A DNA stretch of 51,115 nt from an uncultured Campylobacteraceae bacterium (GCA_964577355.1 CAZNYV010000003.1:1-51115), one strand, 5' to 3'; counted from the stretch's first letter, positions 36,652-45,166 are shown. The notes: a model not told the origin generated them from the letters alone. A program made the numbers and translations.

Positions 36652-38347
36652 ATGATGAGAAGAGTTTTATTAGCAGTTATATTTAGTGTTTTGATTGGTG
36701 GCGGGCTATTTTTTAGCTTGAATGGGCAAAAGATTTCACACGAATCAAAACAAGATGGAACTGTGGTTACAGTTTGTAGTTATAATGTAGAAAACGCTTT
36801 TGATATGGTTTCGAATGGCTCAGAATATGCCGAATACATACCAAATTAAAAAAGGTTGGGACAAAGAGAGCTTTGAGAAAAAATTTGCCAATACCGCAAA
36901 AGTAATAACCGACATCAACGCTGACATCATTGCCATAGAAGAGATAGAAAATGAAAATGCACTTAGCGAGCTCAAAAAAAGGCTAAATGCAAAAGGCTCA
37001 CACTATGCCTATTCAGCAATCTCTGACAGCCCGCAGTCCGCGGTACAGGTTGCAGTTTTATCAAAGTACAAAATCATAGAGAAAAATCAGATTGAAATCA
37101 AAGGGATGAGGCGAGAGAGGCCAATACTCAAACTGACAATTGATATTGCTGGCAACAACTTGATAGTTTACGCGAATCACTGGAAAGCCAAAACTGGACC
37201 AGAGAGCATGAGAATAGACTATGCGAGAGTGCTTATGCAGGACATCATGAAACTACCAAAAGGTAGTGATTATATCATACTTGGTGACCTCAATTCCAAC
37301 TACAATGAGTTTGAGACCATCCAAAACGAGTCCAGAATAAACGATACTAATGGCATCACGGCTATTAATGATCTGCTCAAGACAGTTACGGTCAAAAATG
37401 GAATCAAACGGGTGGCAGAAAAAGTGGATGTGGTGGCAGATAGTGCAGGAAGCTTGCAATACAACCTGTGGATGGAAATATCAAAACAAAATAGAATGAG
37501 TGAAACATTTGGCAGGGAGCAGGGTACGCCTGACAATATTATTATTCCAAAAGCGATGTTTGATAAAGGCGGGATAAATTATATTGACGGTTCATTTGAG
37601 GTGTTCTCGCCAGCGTATCTACTTGACAACAAGGGCAGACCTTTTAGATGGCAAGGCAAAGATAGAAAAAATCAAACGCCAGATGGCTTCTCTGACCATT
37701 TGCCTATATTGGCAAAATTTTCTATAGCTCCATTTGTGTCTAGCGACAAGAACAGTACTGCTATCAATTCTCAAAGTGCAAAACAGTCGACGGTGGTTGA
37801 TGGCAAAAAACAACCGCTAGGACAGCTCTCTCTTGCTCAGATTTATGATAAAAATATTACTGGCAATATGGATTCTCTTCTCAGAGATTGTGTCGTTGTA
37901 TACAAGTCCAAAAAAGGTGTTGTTGTCAAACAGCCAAAAGGCAGAGCTATATTTGTCTATGACCCGCCATTTGATATGAAAATAGGCTATTCGTATGATT
38001 TGAGAGTCACAAATATAGATGAATACAAAGGTCTCAAAGAGATAAAGAGCATTTTTGATGCAAAAGAGAATGGCAAAGTTCAGATGTCTGGACTGTTGCT
38101 AAAATATACAGGTCAGGATTTGAGTGGAAGTGAGCTACAAAATGAGGTTGTAACAGGGCTTAGCGGATTTGTGAGCAGAGGCAAACTTGTATATGGTAGC
38201 GACAAAGAGATACAAATATATTTCACCGACAAGAAGCTAAAACCATCGAACTTGTCAAAGATTCAAATCAAGAGCGCTCATATCGGTTGTTATGATAAGC
38301 CACAGCTGATAATTTCGAATTCTTCTGATTTTGCAGTAGTGGAGTGA
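36652..38347 (+). pseudogene. secreted endonuclease/exonuclease/phosphatase (EEP) family nuclease, split by a +1 frameshift near 36800-36849
   Basis: ORF 36652..36849 carries a signal peptide and the first EEP motif (VCSYNVENAFD..GSEYAEYIPN*). ORF 36800..38347 continues in the +1 frame with KKGWDKESFEKKF..DINADIIAIEEIENE..ANHWKAK..ILGDLNSNY..SDHLPI. Together they form one complete domain. Confidence 0.7.
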
Positions 38348-38352
38348 CGGGA

Positions 38353-38368
38353 GGCACAAAATTGTGCC
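38353..38368 (+). terminator. weak hairpin after the nuclease gene
   Basis: GGCACAA-AA-TTGTGCC lies 5 nt after the stop, with a poor T-tract. Confidence 0.3.
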
Positions 38369-38382
38369 GACTAAAACTTTTG

Positions 38383-38400
38383 TGCTATAATCACGCCCTC
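38383..38400 (+). promoter_or_regulatory. tRNA promoter: extended -10 plus GC-rich discriminator
   Basis: The sequence is TGcTATAAT (TATAAT at 38386..38391) followed by CACGCCCTC. The tRNA 5' end is at 38404. Confidence 0.6.
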
Positions 38401-38403
38401 AAT

Positions 38404-38480
38404 GCGTCCATAGCTCAGCTGGATAGAGCAGCAGGTTGCGGTCCTGCAGGTCGGGGATTCGAATTCCTCTGGGCGCACCA
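38404..38480 (+). tRNA. tRNA-Arg, anticodon GCG as read by hand (77 nt, encoded CCA)
   Basis: Hand-folded cloverleaf: acceptor GCGTCCA/TGGGCGC, D-arm GCTC..GAGC with A20, anticodon stem GCAGG/CCTGC, loop TT-GCG-GT, T-arm GGGGA-TTCGAAT-TCCTC, discriminator A, then CCA. Confidence 0.85.
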
Positions 38481-38569
38481 CTCCAATTTTATATCAATCC
38501 AAGTCTTGTAAAAGTCGCAATTTAAACCTTATTAGATTATTATTTACCAACAAAGAAAAGGTGGTATTT

Positions 38570-38764
38570 ATGGATAATAGGGCCAAGTCAAAATATACAG
38601 TATCGTCGTGTTTGGTTACACAATATCAATTCGCAAAAGAGGACAATCCAGAGTTGACAATTGACAGTTATATGAATGAAATAATGGAAATTACAAAAGA
38701 GATGATTTTGCTAGACGAGAAGAAAAATACCAATTGCAATGATTGTGCGGTTGATTTAAAATAG
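38570..38764 (+). CDS. hypothetical small protein (64 aa)
   Basis: An ATG is preceded by AAAAGGTGG. There is no recognisable motif. The C-terminus contains CNDC. The track start is the GTG at 38561. Confidence 0.35.
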   Translation: MDNRAKSKYTVSSCLVTQYQFAKEDNPELTIDSYMNEIMEITKEMILLDEKKNTNCNDCAVDLK

Positions 38765-38837
38765 AACCTATAAGTGCTGAAAAATAAAAATTCAAATTTG
38801 ATATGATTTACAATAGAAAAATTACGCAGGAGATACA

Positions 38838-39413
38838 ATGGAGCCAGGTTCAATCGAAGAACATCTAAAACAAGTAGAAGAGGCGATGGAAGAGGTCAAG
38901 GAGCATGAGAAAGCCGATAAATGGCTTACTTATATCTCTCTAAGTACAGCCATCATAGCGATAGTTACAGCGCTTGCTGGACTATATGAATCACAAGTTA
39001 CAGCCAAAACAATACTAGCCAAAAATGAAGCCGTCCTATTCCAAAGTCAAGCATCTGATCAGTGGAGCTTTTATCAATCAAAAAGTGTAAAAGGGCATAT
39101 TTATGCGGTTAATGCGGAGCTATATCCAGCCAAAGCCTCTGAGCTAAACGAGAAGGCTGCAAAGTATAAAAAAGAACAAGAAGAAATCAAAAAAGAGGCT
39201 CAAAAGCTAGAAGCAAAACGAGACGAGTGCGCCATCGAAAGTGAGCACTATTATCACAAACACCATGTTTTGAGTTTTGCTATAACATTTCTACAAATCT
39301 CTATCGCAATTGCATCTATATCTGCGTTGACAAAAAACAAAAAGTTTTGGATTGCCTCGTTGGTGCTTAGTAGCATTGGTGCAGTTATAGGGTTGTTTAG
39401 TTTTGTCTCATAG
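38838..39413 (+). CDS. DUF4337-family membrane protein
   Basis: 191 aa. It has an acidic N-terminus, a TM, the block SQASDQWSFYQSKSVKGHIY, a K/E coiled segment and a C-terminal TM pair. Confidence 0.6.
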   Translation: MEPGSIEEHLKQVEEAMEEVKEHEKADKWLTYISLSTAIIAIVTALAGLYESQVTAKTILAKNEAVLFQSQASDQWSFYQSKSVKGHIYAVNAELYPAKASELNEKAAKYKKEQEEIKKEAQKLEAKRDECAIESEHYYHKHHVLSFAITFLQISIAIASISALTKNKKFWIASLVLSSIGAVIGLFSFVS

Positions 39414-39996
39414 GTGGTTTTTTCGTAAAATATTTTTTATTTTTGTTTTATTTGCTTTTGCAAGTGAACTATTTTGCAGTGAGACTATTGTATTTATTAG
39501 ACATGGTGAAAAGCCATCTGGCGGGCTGGGACAGCTATCGTGCAAGGGGCTTGACCGCTCTTTGAAACTACCAGAGATATTGTCTGGCAAGTTTGGAGAA
39601 CCTGATTTTTTGCTGTCTCCAAACCCAGTAAAACAAAAGGCAGACCAAGGTGTGCCTTATAACTATATCAGACCGTTGGCGACAATAGAACCTACAGCTA
39701 TAAGGTTTGGTAAAAATATTAATCTTGAGTGCGGATTTGACCAGATTGATTGTGTAGCCAATATCTTGAACTCAAAAGAGTATGAGAATAGGCTGGTTTA
39801 TGTGGCTTGGGAGCATCATTTGATAAAAAAGATTATCAACAAGCTCTCAGCTTATCGCAAGATTGAACTAAATGTTCCAGATTGGCAAAACGATGATTTT
39901 GACTCTATATACATTTTGAAACTAGATCAAAATTCTGCGCAATTTAGTATCGACAAACAAGGGCTGTCAAACCTAAAAAACGACTGTAAATATTAG
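39403..39996 (+). CDS. secreted histidine-phosphatase-superfamily protein
   Basis: 197 aa. Its TTG start overlaps the DUF4337 gene by 11 nt. It has a signal peptide, the RHGEK catalytic motif, and a later WEHH. Confidence 0.5.
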   Translation: MSHRWFFRKIFFIFVLFAFASELFCSETIVFIRHGEKPSGGLGQLSCKGLDRSLKLPEILSGKFGEPDFLLSPNPVKQKADQGVPYNYIRPLATIEPTAIRFGKNINLECGFDQIDCVANILNSKEYENRLVYVAWEHHLIKKIINKLSAYRKIELNVPDWQNDDFDSIYILKLDQNSAQFSIDKQGLSNLKNDCKY

Positions 39997-40003
39997 CTTG
40001 TAT

Positions 40004-41512
40004 CTACAGTCTTTGTAGTATTTCGCACAGTTCGTCATGAGTTTTTTTATCGGCGTAAAAATACTCTTCGATGAGAGGTTTGATTTTGTATCTGTATATG
40101 TGTGCTAGCTTTGTATCGTCCTCTATCTTTTTGCCCTCTTTGTCTATGAAAAAAGCGTGACCGATTAGATAATCAGAGCTTAGTTTGTCTTTTATTTTTT
40201 CGTTTATATCTTTTATCGCATGTGGCAAAAACTCATCTCTAGGTTCCATCCGTACAAAAGTAAATCTCCTACGAAGTGCAATATCCACGAGAGCTATTGA
40301 TTTATCAGCCGTGTTCATCGTGCCTATGATGTAGAGATTTGACGGTATGCCAAATGGCTCTTTTGAATATGGAAGTGTGACGGTTAGTTCGTTTGGTTCA
40401 CCAAGCCTCTTGTCTTCTTCTATAAGCGTGATGAGTTCGCCAAAGATTTTGGAGATATTGCCACGGTTGATTTCGTCGATGATGAGGTAGAAGTTTTTCA
40501 TCTCGGTTGTATTTAAGAGATTGGCTTTGGAATTTGACAATAAAAAATCTAACAATGCATCGTAGTAAGGCTGCAGACCACCAAATATGACATTGTTTTT
40601 GTTATTGTCATATATCTTTCTTAGCGTAGCTATTGAAAGAGTATGTTTTGACTCGCCAGAATCTTTATCAAACATGATAGATCTTTCAGATACTTCCGTG
40701 ATATGAAAGCGGGATTTTTTCATATTGACTGTTACTCTTTCATCTAGTAATAACTTGTCCAAAATTAACTCTTTAAAAACTGAGTCAAAATCTTTTTTGC
40801 TTTCTTTTGAGTTTGCTAAAGACTGGTTAATCTTTGCATCTCTTGAAATGTCTCTAAATGTTCCTTTTGATAGTTCAATTTTTCCATCTTCATTCGGTCT
40901 AAACCCCTCAATAAAATCTTCATAGCTATAACTCTGATGGAAAGTGATAAATTTATAGCGTTCTTCATTTTTGACATTTTCAAAAACTTCCTTTTCATTG
41001 TCAGTTAATATTTCTGTTAAGTTTGATAATACATCATCGTTTTCCAATATGCTTATAAGTTTTTTATACGAGTATGTTTTACCAACACCTGGAGGGCCGT
41101 ATAGGATTATATTTTTTGGATTATCTATTTCTATCTCATCATCTACTGTTACCTCGTCCTTGCGTACTTGTAGCTCTTCAAAAACATAGTGCAAGGAAAG
41201 AATTTTTAAAATAAACTCTCCAAAGTTATCGCCCCATTGATTGCAGATATATACTTCTTCATTAGTATTGGCTATTAGAGGTGTTTTAAAATACCTTTGC
41301 AAACCAGTTTTTGTTCTAGCAACATATTCATCATATTCACTTTTTGATAAACAAACTGGAAAGCCATTGTGAGTTTGATTAAAAAATAATTTTAAATCAT
41401 TTAAATTGGCAGAATAGTCACTAATGTATTTTTTGATTACTTCATAGACAAAATTTCGTTTTGATAGATTTTTTTGTCCATTGAAGTTGTATTTTGTCAA
41501 ATCCCTAGCCAT
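40004..41512 (-). CDS. mcrB: McrB-like AAA+ GTPase subunit of a type IV restriction-like system, with an unassigned N-terminal domain
   Basis: 502 aa with GPPGVGKT, IIDEINRGN, GTMNTADKSIALVDIALRRRFTF and FHQSYSYEDFIEG. Residues 1 to about 125 are unrelated by eye to the AAA+ core. Confidence 0.85.
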   Translation of the reverse strand: MARDLTKYNFNGQKNLSKRNFVYEVIKKYISDYSANLNDLKLFFNQTHNGFPVCLSKSEYDEYVARTKTGLQRYFKTPLIANTNEEVYICNQWGDNFGEFILKILSLHYVFEELQVRKDEVTVDDEIEIDNPKNIILYGPPGVGKTYSYKKLISILENDDVLSNLTEILTDNEKEVFENVKNEERYKFITFHQSYSYEDFIEGFRPNEDGKIELSKGTFRDISRDAKINQSLANSKESKKDFDSVFKELILDKLLLDERVTVNMKKSRFHITEVSERSIMFDKDSGESKHTLSIATLRKIYDNNKNNVIFGGLQPYYDALLDFLLSNSKANLLNTTEMKNFYLIIDEINRGNISKIFGELITLIEEDKRLGEPNELTVTLPYSKEPFGIPSNLYIIGTMNTADKSIALVDIALRRRFTFVRMEPRDEFLPHAIKDINEKIKDKLSSDYLIGHAFFIDKEGKKIEDDTKLAHIYRYKIKPLIEEYFYADKKTHDELCEILQRL

Positions 41513-42653
41513 TTACAATCCTTGCTATATTATTTTTTAAATTTTCAACATAAATGTTAAAGCTGTTGCTTTCTATTTGTAGTTCAACACTTTTAATTTT
41601 CATTGTCACTTCACTTGGTAGTTCAATAGCTCTATCCAACTCTTCCAAATGTTTTGGATACAAAAGCATAACTTGTTTTGTATTGTCTCCAAAATCAGCA
41701 ATATTTGCATATGCAAACACTTGATATGTGTCACAAGGCGAAATATCACTATTTTTGTCTACTTTTTTGTATTTTGTATCTATTATGCAGAAGACCTTGC
41801 CATCTTTTCGCACAACGATGTCTGGTTTGGAGTTTTTTTCTCCAAATCTGCTTTTTTCTTGCTCTGATACTTCGTATTCTGGCAAAGCTTCTGTTAATAT
41901 TTTGGCAACGAATTTTTCAAAAAGCAGATTCATATCAAACATAAAAGCCCACTCATTTTTGCCGCTAGAGCTAAAATCCACGCTTAGATTGTTCAGTATC
42001 AGCATGGCTAGAGAGTATGGCTTTTTGAATCTCTCATTTAACCTACCAAATACAAATGGTTTGTTCTGATAAGTACTTTCCACTTCGTCGAACATCAGCG
42101 ATAGTGCTGATAGCATTTTGCGGTTTTCATCGCTAGTCGTTAGCTGTCTGCAAAGCCTGACCGTATGGGCAAATAGTGCGTTTAGTGTATTATCAGGGCT
42201 AAATTCGTCAAACTCGCAGTAGATTTTGTCGTGAAAGAAATTATGCCTAGCATCAAGCCCAGCCAAATACCTGCCCTTTAGCGTTCGGATATTTTCTTGA
42301 CGAGAGATGTATTCACGATAAAGCCCTCGTTCGACCTCAAAAAGCAAATCTCTGCAAAAAATAGAAATCAAAAACTCTATAAGTGGACTTTGCTCTGTGC
42401 CTGTTAAGCTATCAGTTTCATCCATTTTTATATCGTTTACATACGAAATCATATAGATTAGGTAGCGGATATTTTCGTTTTGATTTGCTTTGTCTATTTT
42501 TGGGAGTATGGCGATAACCTCGTCGCCGATTTTCATAGCTCCGCAGTAGTTTGAGGTTTTGACCTTGCCCCATGATTCGGAGAAGTATTTTTTGAATTCG
42601 TCTGGGATTTTCATATCCAAATCAAAATCAGAGAACTCGTAAAATAGTTTCAT
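41505..42653 (-). CDS. mcrC: McrC-like nuclease subunit (PD-(D/E)xK)
   Basis: 382 aa with the C-terminal nuclease core KPDIVVRKDGKVFCIIDTKYKK. It overlaps mcrB by 8 nt. Confidence 0.8.
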   Translation of the reverse strand: MKLFYEFSDFDLDMKIPDEFKKYFSESWGKVKTSNYCGAMKIGDEVIAILPKIDKANQNENIRYLIYMISYVNDIKMDETDSLTGTEQSPLIEFLISIFCRDLLFEVERGLYREYISRQENIRTLKGRYLAGLDARHNFFHDKIYCEFDEFSPDNTLNALFAHTVRLCRQLTTSDENRKMLSALSLMFDEVESTYQNKPFVFGRLNERFKKPYSLAMLILNNLSVDFSSSGKNEWAFMFDMNLLFEKFVAKILTEALPEYEVSEQEKSRFGEKNSKPDIVVRKDGKVFCIIDTKYKKVDKNSDISPCDTYQVFAYANIADFGDNTKQVMLLYPKHLEELDRAIELPSEVTMKIKSVELQIESNSFNIYVENLKNNIARIVNG

Positions 42654-42799
42654 AATTTGATATTAGCTTTTGCGAAAACATCTTCCATCGGTGTGGTTTT
42701 CGTTTTTCCAGATTTCAATTTGTCGATTCTATGGTCAGTTACTTTTTCGGTGAGTTTGGTTTTGAGATTAGTGATAAACTTTTTTAGTCTGTACTTCAT
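42650..42799 (-). CDS. 49-aa ORF translationally coupled to mcrC (below the ORF-track cut-off)
   Basis: Hand translation gives MKYRLKKFITNLKTKLTEKVTDHRIDKLKSGKTKTTPMEDVFAKANIKL*. Its TGA overlaps the mcrC ATG (ATGA). Its ATG is 12 nt after the hypD stop. Confidence 0.4.
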   Translation of the reverse strand: MKYRLKKFITNLKTKLTEKVTDHRIDKLKSGKTKTTPMEDVFAKANIKL

Positions 42800-42811
42800 C
42801 TGATAGACCTA

Positions 42812-43936
42812 TTACAATAATCTTCCATACTTGAAATACGCCGCACAAGCACCCTCAGAGCTGACCATACACGAGCCTAGAGGATTTGACGGAGAGCATG
42901 GATTGTCAAATACTTTGCAGTCAAATGGCTTGGCTTTGCCTTTTAGGATGTCACCGCAGCGGCACGCTTTGTTGTCCTCTTTGTGAGAGTTGTCGAACCC
43001 GTCAAATCGCTTCTCAGCTGACAGGTAGTCGTATTCGCTTCGTAGCACTAGAGAGCTTTTTGGTATGTGACCTATACCTCGCCAGTTGAAGCTCTCTTCG
43101 ACGCATAGGTATTTTGAAATAAGCTCTTGGGCTTTTGTATTTCCGTCATGGCTGACACTTCGTGAGTATTCTATCTCGACTTTTGCCTCGCCATTTACAG
43201 CTTGCCTGACTATGGATAATATAGCGCTCATCACATCTAGCGGCTCAAACCCGCCGACGACTATCGGCGTTTTGCATTTGGTGGCGATATGGTCATAAAT
43301 CTTCGACCCCGTGATGACGCTCACATGGGCTGGGGCTAGAAATGCCCGCACTCTTGTTTCTGGGTCATCCATGATAGCCATCATCGGCTCTGGGACGGTG
43401 ACATGATTGACGCTAAAGAGCAGGTTTTTGATGCCTTCCTTGATAGTTCGCTCGATGAGAGCAGGGGTCATCGGCGTAGTCGTCTCAAATCCTATCGCAA
43501 AAAACACCACTGTCTTGTCTGGGTTTTCTTTTGCGATTTTGAGTGCATCCATCGGAGAATAGACGAACCGCACATCTGCACCGTCTGCTCTAGTCTGAGA
43601 GAGGGATTTTTTGCTCCCTGGGACTTTTATCATGTCGCCCAGAGTGACCAAAATCACATTTGGCTGTTCGGCAAAATATATCGCCTTGTCGATTCGCTCT
43701 TTTGGCATGATACAAACAGGACACCCAGGACCGTGCAAAAACTCGATATTCTCAGGCAAGAGCTGATTTAGTCCATATCGCATGATGACATGAGTATGAC
43801 CGCCGCAAACCTCCATGATATAGAGCTTCTCGGTTAGTTTTTTTGCCTCGTTTTTGATTTCTTCGGCTAGAGCTTTCAGGGTTTTTGCGTCCCGAAACTC
43901 TTCGTAGAGTGCTTTTAGTTCGAGTTTTTCAGCCAT
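42812..43936 (-). CDS. hypD: hydrogenase maturation protein HypD
   Basis: 374 aa with MEVCGGHTH, GPGCPVCIMP and the C-terminal Cys cluster. Confidence 0.95.
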   Translation of the reverse strand: MAEKLELKALYEEFRDAKTLKALAEEIKNEAKKLTEKLYIMEVCGGHTHVIMRYGLNQLLPENIEFLHGPGCPVCIMPKERIDKAIYFAEQPNVILVTLGDMIKVPGSKKSLSQTRADGADVRFVYSPMDALKIAKENPDKTVVFFAIGFETTTPMTPALIERTIKEGIKNLLFSVNHVTVPEPMMAIMDDPETRVRAFLAPAHVSVITGSKIYDHIATKCKTPIVVGGFEPLDVMSAILSIVRQAVNGEAKVEIEYSRSVSHDGNTKAQELISKYLCVEESFNWRGIGHIPKSSLVLRSEYDYLSAEKRFDGFDNSHKEDNKACRCGDILKGKAKPFDCKVFDNPCSPSNPLGSCMVSSEGACAAYFKYGRLL

Positions 43937-44189
43937 TTATCGCTTCCATTCGCTCGTTTTCATCCATCTTGTCTAATATCTCTTTGAAGACTGCAATGCT
44001 CGCTAACGCGTCCTCTTCGTCGATTTTGTTGATGGCAAAACCTATGTGGATTAGCACAAAATCACCGACTTTTATTGCTTCATCGGCAAGCAAATCTAGG
44101 CTCACTTCTCTCTCGACACCCATGGTATCAACTACGGCGATGTTATCTGGTTTTAGTTCTATTACTTTTGATGGAATTGATAGGCACAT
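43929..44189 (-). CDS. hypC: hydrogenase assembly chaperone HypC
   Basis: 86 aa with the MCLSIPSKV N-terminus. It overlaps hypD by 8 nt. Confidence 0.93.
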   Translation of the reverse strand: MCLSIPSKVIELKPDNIAVVDTMGVEREVSLDLLADEAIKVGDFVLIHIGFAINKIDEEDALASIAVFKEILDKMDENERMEAING

Positions 44190-44308
44190 GTTTGTTCTCG
44201 CTTTTTTAGTTTTTTAGGTTACAAAGCGGTTTTTGTGTTTGCGAACGAGGGTCCCGCAGGTACGAGGACAAGCCGAGTAAGCAATCCAAAAACTCCAAGC
44301 TTTGAAGC

Positions 44309-45166
44309 CTAGTTCCTCATACTTTTTTTCATCTCTATATAGTGCAACACTTTTTTGATCGACTCATCGTCTTTTGTGCTGACTTCCAAAATATCTACTT
44401 TTGGATTTAGCTTCCTTGCCATCTCTTTGACCTCTTTGACATCAAAATCAAAATGAGGCAAAAGGTCACATTTGGTGATGAGGAGCAAGTCAGCCGAGCG
44501 GAACATCACAGGATATTTCTCTACCTTGTCTGCGCCCTCTGGGACTGAGAGCAGGACAAAATTGATATGTGTACCGACATCGTAGCTAGCAGGGCATACG
44601 AGGTTGCCTACATTTTCTACAAAAACGATGTCAAGACCGTCAAGTCCTAGATGGTGAATTCCGTTGTGAACCATGTGCGCATCGAGATGACATGCCGTGC
44701 CAGTCGTGATTTGATATGCTCTAGCACCTTTTGCCCTTATCCTGTCTGCATCTCTGTTTGTCTCTAGGTCACCCTCGATTACCCCGATTTTTTCACCGTC
44801 GAACTCAATAATTTTTTCTAGGAGCGCTGTTTTGCCACTCCCTGGGGAGCTCATCAGATTGATAGCCAGCACGCCGTGTTCATCGAAGTGTTCACGGTTT
44901 TTGGTGGCTTGTTCGTCATTGACGCTGAGGATTTTTGTTATGACAGATATGGTTTTTTTGTCGTTTAGCTGTGGATTTGCGTGCAGATTGTCGTGGTGAT
45001 GCTCATTTTCATGTTCGTGATGATGATGCCCCCCATTGTGTGCATGCTCGCTGTGCTCGTGCTCGTGGTTGTGGACATGAGTGTACTCTCTGCCGAACTC
45101 ATCTACATGGATATGTTCGTGTTGGTGGTTGTTTGTAGTTATAGAGCATCCGCAATCTTTGCACAT
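44309..45166 (-). CDS. hypB: hydrogenase nickel-incorporation GTPase HypB with a His-rich N-terminal region
   Basis: 285 aa with MCKDCGCS (CxxCGC), about 20 His in the first 60 aa, and the GTPase motifs GSGKT and CDL. Confidence 0.95.
   Translation of the reverse strand: MCKDCGCSITTNNHQHEHIHVDEFGREYTHVHNHEHEHSEHAHNGGHHHHEHENEHHHDNLHANPQLNDKKTISVITKILSVNDEQATKNREHFDEHGVLAINLMSSPGSGKTALLEKIIEFDGEKIGVIEGDLETNRDADRIRAKGARAYQITTGTACHLDAHMVHNGIHHLGLDGLDIVFVENVGNLVCPASYDVGTHINFVLLSVPEGADKVEKYPVMFRSADLLLITKCDLLPHFDFDVKEVKEMARKLNPKVDILEVSTKDDESIKKVLHYIEMKKSMRN

Noticed and set aside
36652-38347. Treating 36652..36849 and 36800..38347 as two independent genes.
   Set aside because: The short ORF holds only the signal peptide and the first EEP motif, while the long ORF lacks both. 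Together they form one contiguous domain, so a frameshift is the simpler reading.
38481-42811. A classical tRNA-integrated genomic island with att repeats.
   Set aside because: I looked for a direct repeat of the tRNA-Arg 3' end (GGGGATTCGAATTCCTCTGGGCGCACCA) near 39997-40003 and 42654-42811 and found none. No integrase or recombinase is present. Only compositional and positional evidence for horizontal origin remains.
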